Below the pieces are notes generated by a model that was not told where the DNA came from, searched no databases, and saw only the letters and a program-made list of their open reading frames with translations. Shown piece after piece: positions 9,221 through 16,776 of a stretch of 64,000 nt of DNA. The DNA lies in IMG/VR virus record IMGVR_UViG_3300024346_000006. One strand, given 5' to 3'. The number at the start of each line of letters is the position of its first letter. Position 1 is the first letter of the stretch. Source of the stretch: a virus. Its lineage: Duplodnaviria; Caudoviricetes. A program made the translations under genes and the position numbers.

Positions 9221-9661
9221 ATGGCATATGAATATAGTTGTAAAATTTTAAGAATTGTTGATGGAGATACAGTGGATGTAGACATTGACTTAGGCTTTGG
9301 AATTTGGATGCACAGAGAAAGAGTTCGAATCATGGGAATCGACACTCCAGAATCTAGAACAAGAGATAAAGTAGAAAAACAGTTTGGACTTGCTGCAAAA
9401 GCATACCTAAAAGAATTACTTCCGATTGGTTCTATTCAAACGATCAAAACACAAAAAGACAAAACAGGAAAGTTTGGAAGAATTCTTGGAGATTTTGAAA
9501 TCGAATATAAAGATTCTAAAAATAACTTTTCAAAAAGAACTATTACTTCACTGATGCTAGACAACCATCATGCAGTCCCATATAAAGGACAGAGTAAAGA
9601 AGAGTTGGTAGAGTTACATCTCATAAATAGAGAGAAACTAAGAGAAAAAGATCTTATCTAA
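9221..9661 (+). CDS. Staphylococcal nuclease-like (thermonuclease) protein
   Basis: RIVDGDTVDV, RVRIMGIDTPE, DKTGKFGRILG motifs. Confidence 0.9.
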   Translation: MAYEYSCKILRIVDGDTVDVDIDLGFGIWMHRERVRIMGIDTPESRTRDKVEKQFGLAAKAYLKELLPIGSIQTIKTQKDKTGKFGRILGDFEIEYKDSKNNFSKRTITSLMLDNHHAVPYKGQSKEELVELHLINREKLREKDLI

Positions 9662-9725
9662 TGCCTGCATCAAAAGCAAGAAAACTATCACAAATATTAC
9701 CCAAGGTAGTACTATTGCTGTTTAA

Positions 9726-10310
9726 TTAACCAGTAATCAAACCGTAAATTTCTTTCCAGTTTTGAACCCGAAGAGCGTTTCCGTTGTAACCGACATTGTG
9801 GTCATGGGCAATCAGAAGACTTTCCAATCCAACCCGAAGTCCGACATCTGCGTTCTCAGGTTTGTCTTCAACCCAGAAACAATCTGTACCAGCATACTCT
9901 AGAAGTGCTTCATCTTTGTCTGCACCAGTATCCAAATAAACATACCGTTCAAAGACACTATCTCCAAACAACTCCCGAAGGTTTTTAGTCCGTAGATGTT
10001 GTGCATACTGGTCGTTACTTAAACTAGTAATCGCATGGAAAATGTATCCATGTTCTTCGTGAAGTTTTTTCACATATTTGATTGCGTCCCGAAGAGGAGG
10101 CAACTTTCGAATCCAAGCACTTTCATTGAACATCCGACAAAGACGATTTGCTTCATTCTTAGTCAAACCGTACTTTAAATTCATTTTGTACTCGCCTTCA
10201 CAGACGGCTTCATAACCGTGACGAGTCATCCAACAGTCAAAGGCGTACTCCCAATCAAGGAGAACACCATCACAGTCAACTAATATTGTTTTTTCTTTTG
10301 TTGCTATCAT
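9726..10310 (-). CDS. HAD-family 5'(3')-deoxyribonucleotidase-like protein
   Basis: ILVDCDGVLLDW (DxD motif I), AITS, WVEDKPEN. Confidence 0.8.
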   Translation of the reverse strand: MIATKEKTILVDCDGVLLDWEYAFDCWMTRHGYEAVCEGEYKMNLKYGLTKNEANRLCRMFNESAWIRKLPPLRDAIKYVKKLHEEHGYIFHAITSLSNDQYAQHLRTKNLRELFGDSVFERYVYLDTGADKDEALLEYAGTDCFWVEDKPENADVGLRVGLESLLIAHDHNVGYNGNALRVQNWKEIYGLITG

Positions 10311-10341
10311 TCACACTCTTTCATAACTAACTTACATGTAT

Positions 10342-10370
10342 AATATAACCCTTTTCATCACAAATGTCAA
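10342..10370 (-). promoter_or_regulatory. Sigma70-type early promoter TTGACA-N17-TATATT
   Basis: Exact -35 and 17-nt spacer; downstream ATACATGTAAG is identical to the promoter at 12258-12286. Confidence 0.8.
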
Positions 10371-10398
10371 GCCTTTTGATGAAAAAATTTGATTTTTT

Positions 10399-10474
10399 TG
10401 GTGGGCCCAGTAGGATTTGAACCTACGGTCAATGCGTTATGAGCGCACGGCTTTAACCACTAAGCTATAGGCCC
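10399..10474 (-). tRNA. tRNA with CAT anticodon, probably tRNA-Ile2 (lysidine type) rather than Met
   Basis: GGGCCTATAGCTTAGTGG...GTGCG-CTCATAA-CGCAT...GGTTCAAATCC...GGGCCCACCA; C4:G69 and C5:G68 (TilS determinants); encoded CCA. Confidence 0.9.
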
Positions 10475-10483
10475 TATAAATCT

Positions 10484-10639
10484 TTACGCAGAGGTTTTCC
10501 CAGACTGAGATGCTGCTTCCATTCGTTTCTTGGCAAGCACCAAAGGTGAGTTTGGTTTACGTTTTGCACGATATGAACCATGCGAACTCATCTTTGCAGT
10601 TTTTCTTACCTTCCCACTAACTTTGATTGTCTTTGCCAT
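10484..10639 (-). CDS. Small basic protein (51 aa; below ORF-track cutoff)
   Basis: MAKTIKVSGKVRKTAKMSSHGSYRAKRKPNSPLVLAKKRMEAASQSGKTSA; TAATG-coupled to the upstream ORF. Confidence 0.6.
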   Translation of the reverse strand: MAKTIKVSGKVRKTAKMSSHGSYRAKRKPNSPLVLAKKRMEAASQSGKTSA

Positions 10640-10809
10640 TATTTTCCATCCCAATTCATTTTGGTAACTTGTTTTTGTTTGATAATTTGGTTCTTGTCAA
10701 GAAATGATTTGCTATCACTCTTTAAAGAGTGATTGATAACTTTATCAATTCTACCACACTTCAGAAACTTATTAATCTTTTTAAGTTTTTTGTTTTTTAA
10801 GAATTTCAT
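10639..10809 (-). CDS. Small Lys-rich hypothetical protein (56 aa)
   Basis: MKFLKNKKLKKINKFLKCGRIDKVINHSLKSDSKSFLDKNQIIKQKQVTKMNWDGK; weak RBS; overlaps three palindromes. Confidence 0.4.
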   Translation of the reverse strand: MKFLKNKKLKKINKFLKCGRIDKVINHSLKSDSKSFLDKNQIIKQKQVTKMNWDGK

Positions 10810-10857
10810 AAGGGTTATTTAGTAAATTTTTATGATTTTTTTGATCTTTTTAAATAT

Positions 10858-10931
10858 TGGCATCGGCGCACAGAGTCGAACTGCGGCTTCCAGTTTTGGA
10901 GACTGGCGTGCTACCGTAACACTTCCCCGAT
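10858..10931 (-). tRNA. tRNA-Trp (CCA)
   Basis: CCAGT-CTCCAAA-ACTGG anticodon arm, GTTCGACTC T-loop, G73, encoded CCA; atypical A8/U14 and G6:G67. Confidence 0.85.
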
Positions 10932-10935
10932 GTGA

Positions 10936-11040
10936 TTAAAAATATTCACACAACTGCCACAATATCCAAAAGATAGGTATTGAGGAAAGCATTGCAATTC
11001 CAATAATTGCCTTTCCTAATTCGTGTTCGTCATCATTCAT
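10936..11040 (-). CDS. Single-TM micro-protein (34 aa)
   Basis: MNDDEHELGKAIIGIAMLSSIPIFWILWQLCEYF; start overlaps the stop of ORF 11033-11236. Confidence 0.5.
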   Translation of the reverse strand: MNDDEHELGKAIIGIAMLSSIPIFWILWQLCEYF

Positions 11041-11236
11041 CTTCTTCAACCGTCACACGATAACGTTTACCATTCTTATCCCACATCAACAAAGTCTTTT
11101 TCGTTGACTTCATCCATCCAGCAGGCGCAAGGTCAAACTTAATAGGGCCGACTTCCTCAATCAGTCCTTCAAAGTCTCCATCTCCTGTGAGAGATGTTTT
11201 GATACGATTTGCGATGTAATCACAATATGCTAACAT
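11033..11236 (-). CDS. Hypothetical protein (67 aa)
   Basis: AGGAG RBS; early-gene cluster. Confidence 0.65.
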   Translation of the reverse strand: MLAYCDYIANRIKTSLTGDGDFEGLIEEVGPIKFDLAPAGWMKSTKKTLLMWDKNGKRYRVTVEEDE

Positions 11237-11244
11237 AAGTTCTC

Positions 11245-11481
11245 CTAGTGGAGTACAAACTCCAATTGTTCTGCAGTTTCTACCGAAGTGCGTTCTGAGT
11301 CAATGTCCTTTGCGATTTCATCAAACACTTCGTAGAATGCTTCTGAATCCTTAAAGAATTCTGAACATGTCCAATATGCATCTGCATCGACAAAATTCCA
11401 GTTAATAGAACCATCTTCGTTGATGTTCTCTTCTCGTTTAATTGCACAACGCATTGACGATTCTAACAATGAGTAAATCAT
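11245..11481 (-). CDS. Hypothetical acidic protein (78 aa; start revised to 11481)
   Basis: AAGGA RBS precedes ATG at 11481; the longer track ORF overlaps the upstream gene. Confidence 0.6.
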   Translation of the reverse strand: MIYSLLESSMRCAIKREENINEDGSINWNFVDADAYWTCSEFFKDSEAFYEVFDEIAKDIDSERTSVETAEQLEFVLH

Positions 11482-11494
11482 ATTAATCCTTTCC

Positions 11495-11845
11495 TTAATC
11501 CAACCGACTTCCAGCGTAGGCAACGAAACCATACTTTTGAAGAACCCCTGCGGCCGCACGAGCACCCGCTTCCAGAGTATCAACATTTTGCGTAGGAAAC
11601 TTTGAAGGATTCCATACTGAGAAAACTCGTTCCCAATTTTGATCGATACCAGCGGATTTCAACGCACGACCAATCTTGGTGTTACCTTTAAGTTTCTGTC
11701 CTTGGTATTCGTAAATATTTACCCAAGCAAAACCACACATACCCCAACCATTGTTTGGGAAGTATTTGTTTTCGAATTCCGAAGCTGCCTCATAAGCGGC
11801 GGTATGAGCTTCGGACATCATCTGAGAAATTTGAGAAACGTTCAT
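11495..11845 (-). CDS. Hypothetical phage protein (116 aa)
   Basis: AGGAG RBS; CGFAWV...YAGSRLD motifs typical of small early phage proteins. Confidence 0.7.
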   Translation of the reverse strand: MNVSQISQMMSEAHTAAYEAASEFENKYFPNNGWGMCGFAWVNIYEYQGQKLKGNTKIGRALKSAGIDQNWERVFSVWNPSKFPTQNVDTLEAGARAAAGVLQKYGFVAYAGSRLD

Positions 11846-11870
11846 AATGTATATCTCCTATTGGAAGTTA

Positions 11871-12224
11871 TTAAAGGTAAAGGGGGCCAGTCCATTGAAT
11901 AGTGTAACCACCATCCATGATGTTACCACGGGCAGCATTCCGAGCAGGAGCAGCCCAACCAGCAGCTTTCAAGATATCACCCTTGCGGAATTTTTTGTCA
12001 TTTTCAGTATTGACAATAAAACCCCAAACGGATTTACTAGAGAAAACTTTGATGTACTTGTTACCAACTTTGTAGTGAAGTTCATCATTAAACTCTGTAA
12101 TCATTTTTTTGTTGATGTCAGTAAGTTCACCATCAGTATCAAGTTTCCTACGAGCACAACGACTAGTCCACTCAAAGTAGTCTTTCTTGATGTTCTCTAA
12201 AAGGGTTTCTATCTGTTCGTTCAT
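11871..12224 (-). CDS. Conserved T4-like phage hypothetical protein (117 aa)
   Basis: KYIKV...VWGFI...GDILKAAGWAAPARNAARGNI...WTGPLYL; first gene after a strong promoter. Confidence 0.75.
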   Translation of the reverse strand: MNEQIETLLENIKKDYFEWTSRCARRKLDTDGELTDINKKMITEFNDELHYKVGNKYIKVFSSKSVWGFIVNTENDKKFRKGDILKAAGWAAPARNAARGNIMDGGYTIQWTGPLYL

Positions 12225-12257
12225 AATTTATCCTCTATCAATCAACCTTACATGTAT

Positions 12258-12286
12258 AATATAAGGTATTTGAACCCAAATGTCAA
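12258..12286 (-). promoter_or_regulatory. Sigma70-type early promoter TTGACA-N17-TATATT
   Basis: Exact -35, 17-nt spacer, A-tract upstream. Confidence 0.85.
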
Positions 12287-12304
12287 GCTTTTTCGAAAAA
12301 AAGA

Positions 12305-12372
12305 TTTCCTTTAAAATCAATAACTTATGATTTTTTTTGATCTTTTTTTTAAGTTATTGATTTTAAAGGAAA
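12305..12372. repeat. 23-bp perfect inverted repeat, each arm containing an IHF consensus (WATCAANNNNTTR)
   Basis: tttcctttaaaatcaataactta (12305-12327), 22-nt T-rich spacer, taagttattgattttaaaggaaa (12350-12372). Confidence 0.85.
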
Positions 12373-12419
12373 AAAAAGTCCTTGAAAACCAAAGACTTAT
12401 AATTTTTTTTATTTTTTTA

Positions 12420-13064
12420 TCAAATCCAGTCAATATTGACGTTAATTACCGCTCTCAAATGCGAATTTATTGGATTTTGTCCTGTATGAAGGATAGAACC
12501 ATCGAAGAAAACGATTCTGTTCTTTTTACTCTCAACTCTGTGTTCTATCTCTAGAGGAGAGTTCTTATCTTTACTTTCATCAGTAAAAAATATGGTATGG
12601 CCATCATTATCATTTATATAATAGATGAATGAAATATGTTTGGCCATAGTGTCTACATGAGGCACATTAAAATAGGTAGGTTTATTATTTGTCAATTGAG
12701 TTTGTAAGTTGCATTTTGCTCTTTGAACAGGGACTCTTTCGACACCAAAATGCGAATCCATTTTAAAAAGAATTTTGGATAGGTACTCTTTGTAAAAATT
12801 TTGAGAAACAACTTCTCTTTCTTTGACGATATGATGAACCGCTTGAACTCCATCATTTACCAGTGGATGGTTGTGAAGTCCAAACGGATCGCCTTTAATA
12901 ACTGTGGAAAAATTGTCTTTTCGTTTTGCTTCTGCATAACCAAAGTACCAAGGAAATTGATAATCTAGACAAAGGTCTTCCATGTCATTTGCGGTTCTTT
13001 CATCTAAAAAAGAATCAATTACTAGATATTTTTCCCCTCTGAGAATACTACTCGCATATGTCAT
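12420..13064 (-). CDS. 2OG-Fe(II) oxygenase
   Basis: PHVD (HxD)...FIYYINDNDGHTIFF...NRIVFFDGSILHTG...RAVINVNI. Confidence 0.85.
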   Translation of the reverse strand: MTYASSILRGEKYLVIDSFLDERTANDMEDLCLDYQFPWYFGYAEAKRKDNFSTVIKGDPFGLHNHPLVNDGVQAVHHIVKEREVVSQNFYKEYLSKILFKMDSHFGVERVPVQRAKCNLQTQLTNNKPTYFNVPHVDTMAKHISFIYYINDNDGHTIFFTDESKDKNSPLEIEHRVESKKNRIVFFDGSILHTGQNPINSHLRAVINVNIDWI

Positions 13065-13081
13065 TACAAAACTTTCTTTAA

Positions 13082-13645
13082 TTATCGAAGCTGATAGTTA
13101 GCGTATACTTCGATTGAATCACCGACATTATAACGTGTACCAGTTCTCTGACTAACTAAAGTGCCGTTCACATCTACTGTTACAAAATAATGTGTAATGA
13201 ATGTTTCTTGCTGGTGAGTATAGGTTGTATAACACCTGTTTTGAATCTGAGTTGAAACAACTCCGCCAGGCTGATATACATTACCATAAGTATTTGGCAT
13301 CTGTTGACTTCCTATAATTCCACCAATTACAGCACCAACATTACGATTATGTTTTCTGGAGTCGCCTCTACCAATCTGATGTCCAATAATACCACCAATG
13401 ATAGCGCCACCAAGAATATTACCAGTGTTGTTATTTACAATACCACCACCGTTATAAATGGTTCCACCATTATAGACAGGAACACGATGTTCACTACAAA
13501 CTTGTTGTGGTACTCTGTTTACATGTGTGCCGTAGATTGGATCCACTTGTACAACTGTACCAATAACACCCTGTGCATTGAGGGAAGGTGCAGTGAAAAC
13601 AGCAACTAGTGCAACAACTGCAGAGAAGATTTTAAACTTGTTCAT
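13082..13645 (-). CDS. Secreted glycine-zipper 2TM protein (YcfJ/UmoD-like)
   Basis: Signal peptide MNKFKIFSAVVALVAVFTAPSLNA; ILGGAIIGGIIGHQIG...VGAVIGGIIG; C-terminal beta domain. Confidence 0.75.
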   Translation of the reverse strand: MNKFKIFSAVVALVAVFTAPSLNAQGVIGTVVQVDPIYGTHVNRVPQQVCSEHRVPVYNGGTIYNGGGIVNNNTGNILGGAIIGGIIGHQIGRGDSRKHNRNVGAVIGGIIGSQQMPNTYGNVYQPGGVVSTQIQNRCYTTYTHQQETFITHYFVTVDVNGTLVSQRTGTRYNVGDSIEVYANYQLR

Positions 13646-13678
13646 ATATTTTTCCTCTAAAAGTTATCATTTATATAT

Positions 13679-13707
13679 ATGATACGACATTATACTATAT
13701 ATGTCAA
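13679..13707 (-). promoter_or_regulatory. Sigma70-type early promoter TTGACA-N17-TATCAT
   Basis: Exact -35, 17-nt spacer, AAAAAGTGC upstream. Confidence 0.75.
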
Positions 13708-13735
13708 GCACTTTTTACTTATTTAATCCCTTGAG

Positions 13736-13810
13736 AATCAATGAGTTACAACTTTTTTTAAAAAACCAATAGAATCAATAAGTTAGAGATCTATAAAAAT
13801 CAATAGGTTA
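13736..13810 (+). promoter_or_regulatory. Three direct IHF-consensus sites
   Basis: aatcaatgagtta (13736), aatcaataagtta (13773), aatcaataggtta (13798) all match WATCAANNNNTTR. Confidence 0.65.
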
Positions 13811-13813
13811 GCG

Positions 13814-14221
13814 TTAATCCCAGAGGCTCTCAAAGTACCTGCCAAAAAGTCTGAAACCATTTGATAACCTGTCTTGTACTTCCGACACATTTTCTTCCAA
13901 TATAGTATCAAAGTTATCACGTTTGTATGTAAACGCCCAAATCATTTCATCCAATATCCAATCCCATCGTATAAAGAAATATGGATCTGTTTCACCATCA
14001 TATTTGTATCGTTTAATCCATTCTTCACTTGGCCTAAGTTCTTCTGGAACATCATCACAGTCAACATTCGGTGCGCCATGCTTTGTATCTTTCAATTGAA
14101 TAAGCATAGGTACAATAATGTATGACAGAGTAATATCCATCGACCATGTATCCCATTCGTGTATTGTAATCTGAGTGCCCAGTTGATCTATTTCTTCTGG
14201 ATGGGGTATGTGAATTTTCAT
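13814..14221 (-). CDS. Conserved T4-like phage hypothetical protein (135 aa; start revised to 14221)
   Basis: WDTWSMDITLSYIIVPMLIQLKDTKHG...WDWILDEMIWAF; the track extension runs through tRNA-Tyr. Confidence 0.75.
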   Translation of the reverse strand: MKIHIPHPEEIDQLGTQITIHEWDTWSMDITLSYIIVPMLIQLKDTKHGAPNVDCDDVPEELRPSEEWIKRYKYDGETDPYFFIRWDWILDEMIWAFTYKRDNFDTILEENVSEVQDRLSNGFRLFGRYFESLWD

Positions 14222-14239
14222 TATGAGTTCTCTAAAAAT

Positions 14240-14324
14240 TGGTGGGTGGGGTTGGATTCGAACCAACTCAACTTTCGTGTCAGATTTACAGTCTGATGCG
14301 ACTCGCCATCTTCGCCGCCCACCC
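14240..14324 (-). tRNA. tRNA-Tyr (GTA)
   Basis: GGGTGGG/CCCACCC acceptor, TCAGA-CTGTAAA-TCTGA anticodon arm, long variable arm, encoded CCA; C at position 8. Confidence 0.9.
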
Positions 14325-14330
14325 ATTGTT

Positions 14331-14418
14331 TGGTAGCCGCAGCCGGACTTGAACCGGCAAGGCCATTACAGCCGAGGGATTTTAAGTCCCTTGTGTATAC
14401 CAATTCCACCATGCGGCC
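14331..14418 (-). tRNA. tRNA-Leu (TAA)
   Basis: GGCCGCATGGTGGAATTGG...AGGGA-CTTAAAA-TCCCT...GGTTCAAGTCC...ACCA, long variable arm. Confidence 0.95.
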
Positions 14419-14424
14419 AAACAA

Positions 14425-14622
14425 TCAAGTACGCATACTTTCTGCATACTCGGCTGCTTTCGTTTCGTCAATAAAAAACTTTTTAGTGACTACTGGTTTG
14501 CCATTTCGTGACCATTTACTATTAAATTCGGTCACTTTTACTTCAAAACCACAGACATGGGCGTGATGAACGATTGGGTTCACCTTTGAAATGGACTTAT
14601 AATCTTTTGAATACGTTTTCAT
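14425..14622 (-). CDS. Hypothetical protein (65 aa)
   Basis: Overlaps the rnh stop; same strand as neighbours. Confidence 0.55.
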   Translation of the reverse strand: MKTYSKDYKSISKVNPIVHHAHVCGFEVKVTEFNSKWSRNGKPVVTKKFFIDETKAAEYAESMRT

Positions 14623-15512
14623 AGCTCTACCATATTGTTATAAGTTTGATACTCTTTTTCTTTAAAGTTTTCAATTTCTTCCATAAGTAACATCATTCTG
14701 TTTTCGACAAAATAGTTGAAAACTTTATTCATATTACCTCTTGGGGGTTTAGTGAACTTGTTAAGAATTTTAGCCTTAAGTTCTTCTGGAACTTTAGACA
14801 AATCTACAAGCGCCTCGTTTCTTTTCCAATACTTAATCATGTTTGCATCGCAAAAATCCTCTGGTTCTCTACTCATATCTAACCAACCACTAAGATTCTT
14901 TTTGGTGATAGGTCGTTGACGGCGGTTTTCTACGAAAACCTCGTCTTCTGAAAGAAAGTTTGGAATGCCATCTGACTTATCTCCACGAATAATATGTTCA
15001 CGAAGATATTTTTTCGGATCGTACTCCTTAAGAAACTTCTTAAGAATAGGACTGTACTGAGAAACCTTTGGGTATTTCTGCAGTTGTTTAAAGTCCTTAT
15101 CACTTGATATAATCAAAATCTTTTCGCATGGAGCATACTTTTCTACAATCACTGCAATGATATCATCTGCCTCTGCACGTTCTTCTTCGATACACTTGTA
15201 AGGAAAATGTTCACGCAATTCACGTTTGACTTCATGCATTGTATTAAAGATCAATCCCCAATCAACACCAGAATCCTCTCGTTCTTTCTTTCTAGAAAAC
15301 TTATAAAATGGAAAAATATCCTTTCTCCAATAGTTTCTGTTGTCGCAACAAATAACTATATTACCATACTCTCCCGAAAACTTTTTCTTTATGTTCAATA
15401 TAGAATTCAAAATCATATGACGGATAAGCCCATCATCTATGTCATCAGTATTTTTTCCAACTTGTGTCATTAAATTGGAAATAATAACCTGACTTAAATC
15501 TATTAAAATCAT
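14619..15512 (-). CDS. rnh: RNase H / 5'-3' exonuclease (T4 Rnh family)
   Basis: MILIDLSQV, YWRKDIFPFYK..RKK, EADDIIA, SSDKDFKQL, GDKSDGIPN. Confidence 0.95.
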   Translation of the reverse strand: MILIDLSQVIISNLMTQVGKNTDDIDDGLIRHMILNSILNIKKKFSGEYGNIVICCDNRNYWRKDIFPFYKFSRKKEREDSGVDWGLIFNTMHEVKRELREHFPYKCIEEERAEADDIIAVIVEKYAPCEKILIISSDKDFKQLQKYPKVSQYSPILKKFLKEYDPKKYLREHIIRGDKSDGIPNFLSEDEVFVENRRQRPITKKNLSGWLDMSREPEDFCDANMIKYWKRNEALVDLSKVPEELKAKILNKFTKPPRGNMNKVFNYFVENRMMLLMEEIENFKEKEYQTYNNMVEL

Positions 15513-15544
15513 AGTTCTATAACCTGTTTTGTTTTATTACTCTT

Positions 15545-15573
15545 AATATACCATTACACTTGTTTAATGTCAA
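15545..15573 (-). promoter_or_regulatory. Sigma70-type promoter TTGACA-N17-TATATT
   Basis: Exact -35 and spacer upstream of rnh. Confidence 0.8.
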
Positions 15574-16130
15574 GCAGTTTTTAAAACAAACCATTCGGGA
15601 ATTGGTCTTTTACTCCACACCATCTTGAATCTATCTTGTTTAGTCTGATAGAATGCACGATATGATTCTACTACATCTGACATCATACATTCTGGATTAG
15701 ACTTCATAGCAAGAGGTTGTTGTGTTTTGTAACCAACAGGAATATTTTTGGGGGGTGATGCAAGAATTTCTCTCAGTCGCAAATCAGCACCATGTTTTCT
15801 TCCATATCTAAACTCATACTCATCGCACAATGCACAAAAGTGTACATAGTGCCAATTGTAATTATTGTTTGATTGCATAGTCCATAAAGTAGAAGGATGT
15901 TTGTGATGTACTGCCTTGTACAACACATTCTCCAAATTACTATCTGGATGCACCCAATAGTCAATCATTCTTTTACCAGACTTAGATGGGCGTTTTTCTA
16001 CATAACCATCTAATATTCTGTGTGTAGTTGATAACATCTGTGCAGATTCCGTAGGCATCTTTACAACATGTTTATCACACTGTTCGATTGCAGAAACTAT
16101 AGGGTCTTTATTGAGAACAAAAATATTCAT
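15570..16130 (-). CDS. Pyrimidine-dimer DNA glycosylase-like protein (186 aa; start revised to 16130)
   Basis: MNIFVL...CDKHVVKMPTESAQMLST, HHKHPSTLW, Y.FRYGRKH, YRAFY...K. Confidence 0.75.
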   Translation of the reverse strand: MNIFVLNKDPIVSAIEQCDKHVVKMPTESAQMLSTTHRILDGYVEKRPSKSGKRMIDYWVHPDSNLENVLYKAVHHKHPSTLWTMQSNNNYNWHYVHFCALCDEYEFRYGRKHGADLRLREILASPPKNIPVGYKTQQPLAMKSNPECMMSDVVESYRAFYQTKQDRFKMVWSKRPIPEWFVLKTA

Positions 16131-16158
16131 GAGTCCCTCATTTGTTTTAATAACTACT

Positions 16159-16187
16159 AATATATAGTAGCATCTAACAAATGTCAA
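16159..16187 (-). promoter_or_regulatory. Sigma70-type promoter TTGACA-N17-TATATT
   Basis: Exact -35 and spacer; supports the revised start at 16130. Confidence 0.8.
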
Positions 16188-16209
16188 TAGGTTTTTTAAA
16201 ATAAGTGAT

Positions 16210-16776
16210 TTATATTGAAGTAGAATATTTGCATATAAAATAAGAATCTACGACATCTGATATGGGGTTTCCTATTTTTTCTGATTTTTGTGAAAATTCT
16301 TCTATAAGATTTCTTGATGTTTCATCGAAAAATGATTGATACATCAATTCTTTTTTTGCATTTCCTTTACCAGTTGCAAATTTTTTTATTTGAGTTGGTG
16401 CAACCAAAGTAACCTTAATGTCTGCTTGCCACATTTTATATTTTAGAAGTCCACAGTTTTCTGCAATATGGAAAACCTTTCCAGTAGAACCATAACTATA
16501 ATCCTCAAGAAATACTTCTTCAACTTCGTGAGATATTAAAATGTCCATTGCCCAATCAGATATAAAATCATACCTTTCTTCGGCAGTGACAAAACTGGAC
16601 AAATTTTCTTGTCCATCTATATTTTTATAATTGTAGTCTGAAAATTTTTTTGTGTTTGATAAAAAATATACCTTACAACCATCAAACTTCATTTTTTCAA
16701 TCTCTCCCTCATATACACATACGGAAGGAGAGGTTAAACTATAATCAATTCCTGCTATTCTTCTAATTCTTCCCAT
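16210..16776 (-). CDS. RuvC-like (RNase H fold) Holliday-junction resolvase/nuclease
   Basis: IAGIDYSLTSP, FLEDYSYGS, VAPTQIKKFATGKGNAKKE, DVVDSYFI. Confidence 0.8.
   Translation of the reverse strand: MGRIRRIAGIDYSLTSPSVCVYEGEIEKMKFDGCKVYFLSNTKKFSDYNYKNIDGQENLSSFVTAEERYDFISDWAMDILISHEVEEVFLEDYSYGSTGKVFHIAENCGLLKYKMWQADIKVTLVAPTQIKKFATGKGNAKKELMYQSFFDETSRNLIEEFSQKSEKIGNPISDVVDSYFICKYSTSI

Noticed and set aside
13814-14326. Long N-terminal extensions given by the ORF track (also 11586, 16187, 18203, 30417, 32136, 42450, 45319, 56537)
   Set aside because: They run through tRNAs, promoters, the ROSE leader or upstream genes; internal ATGs have RBS or stop-start overlaps.
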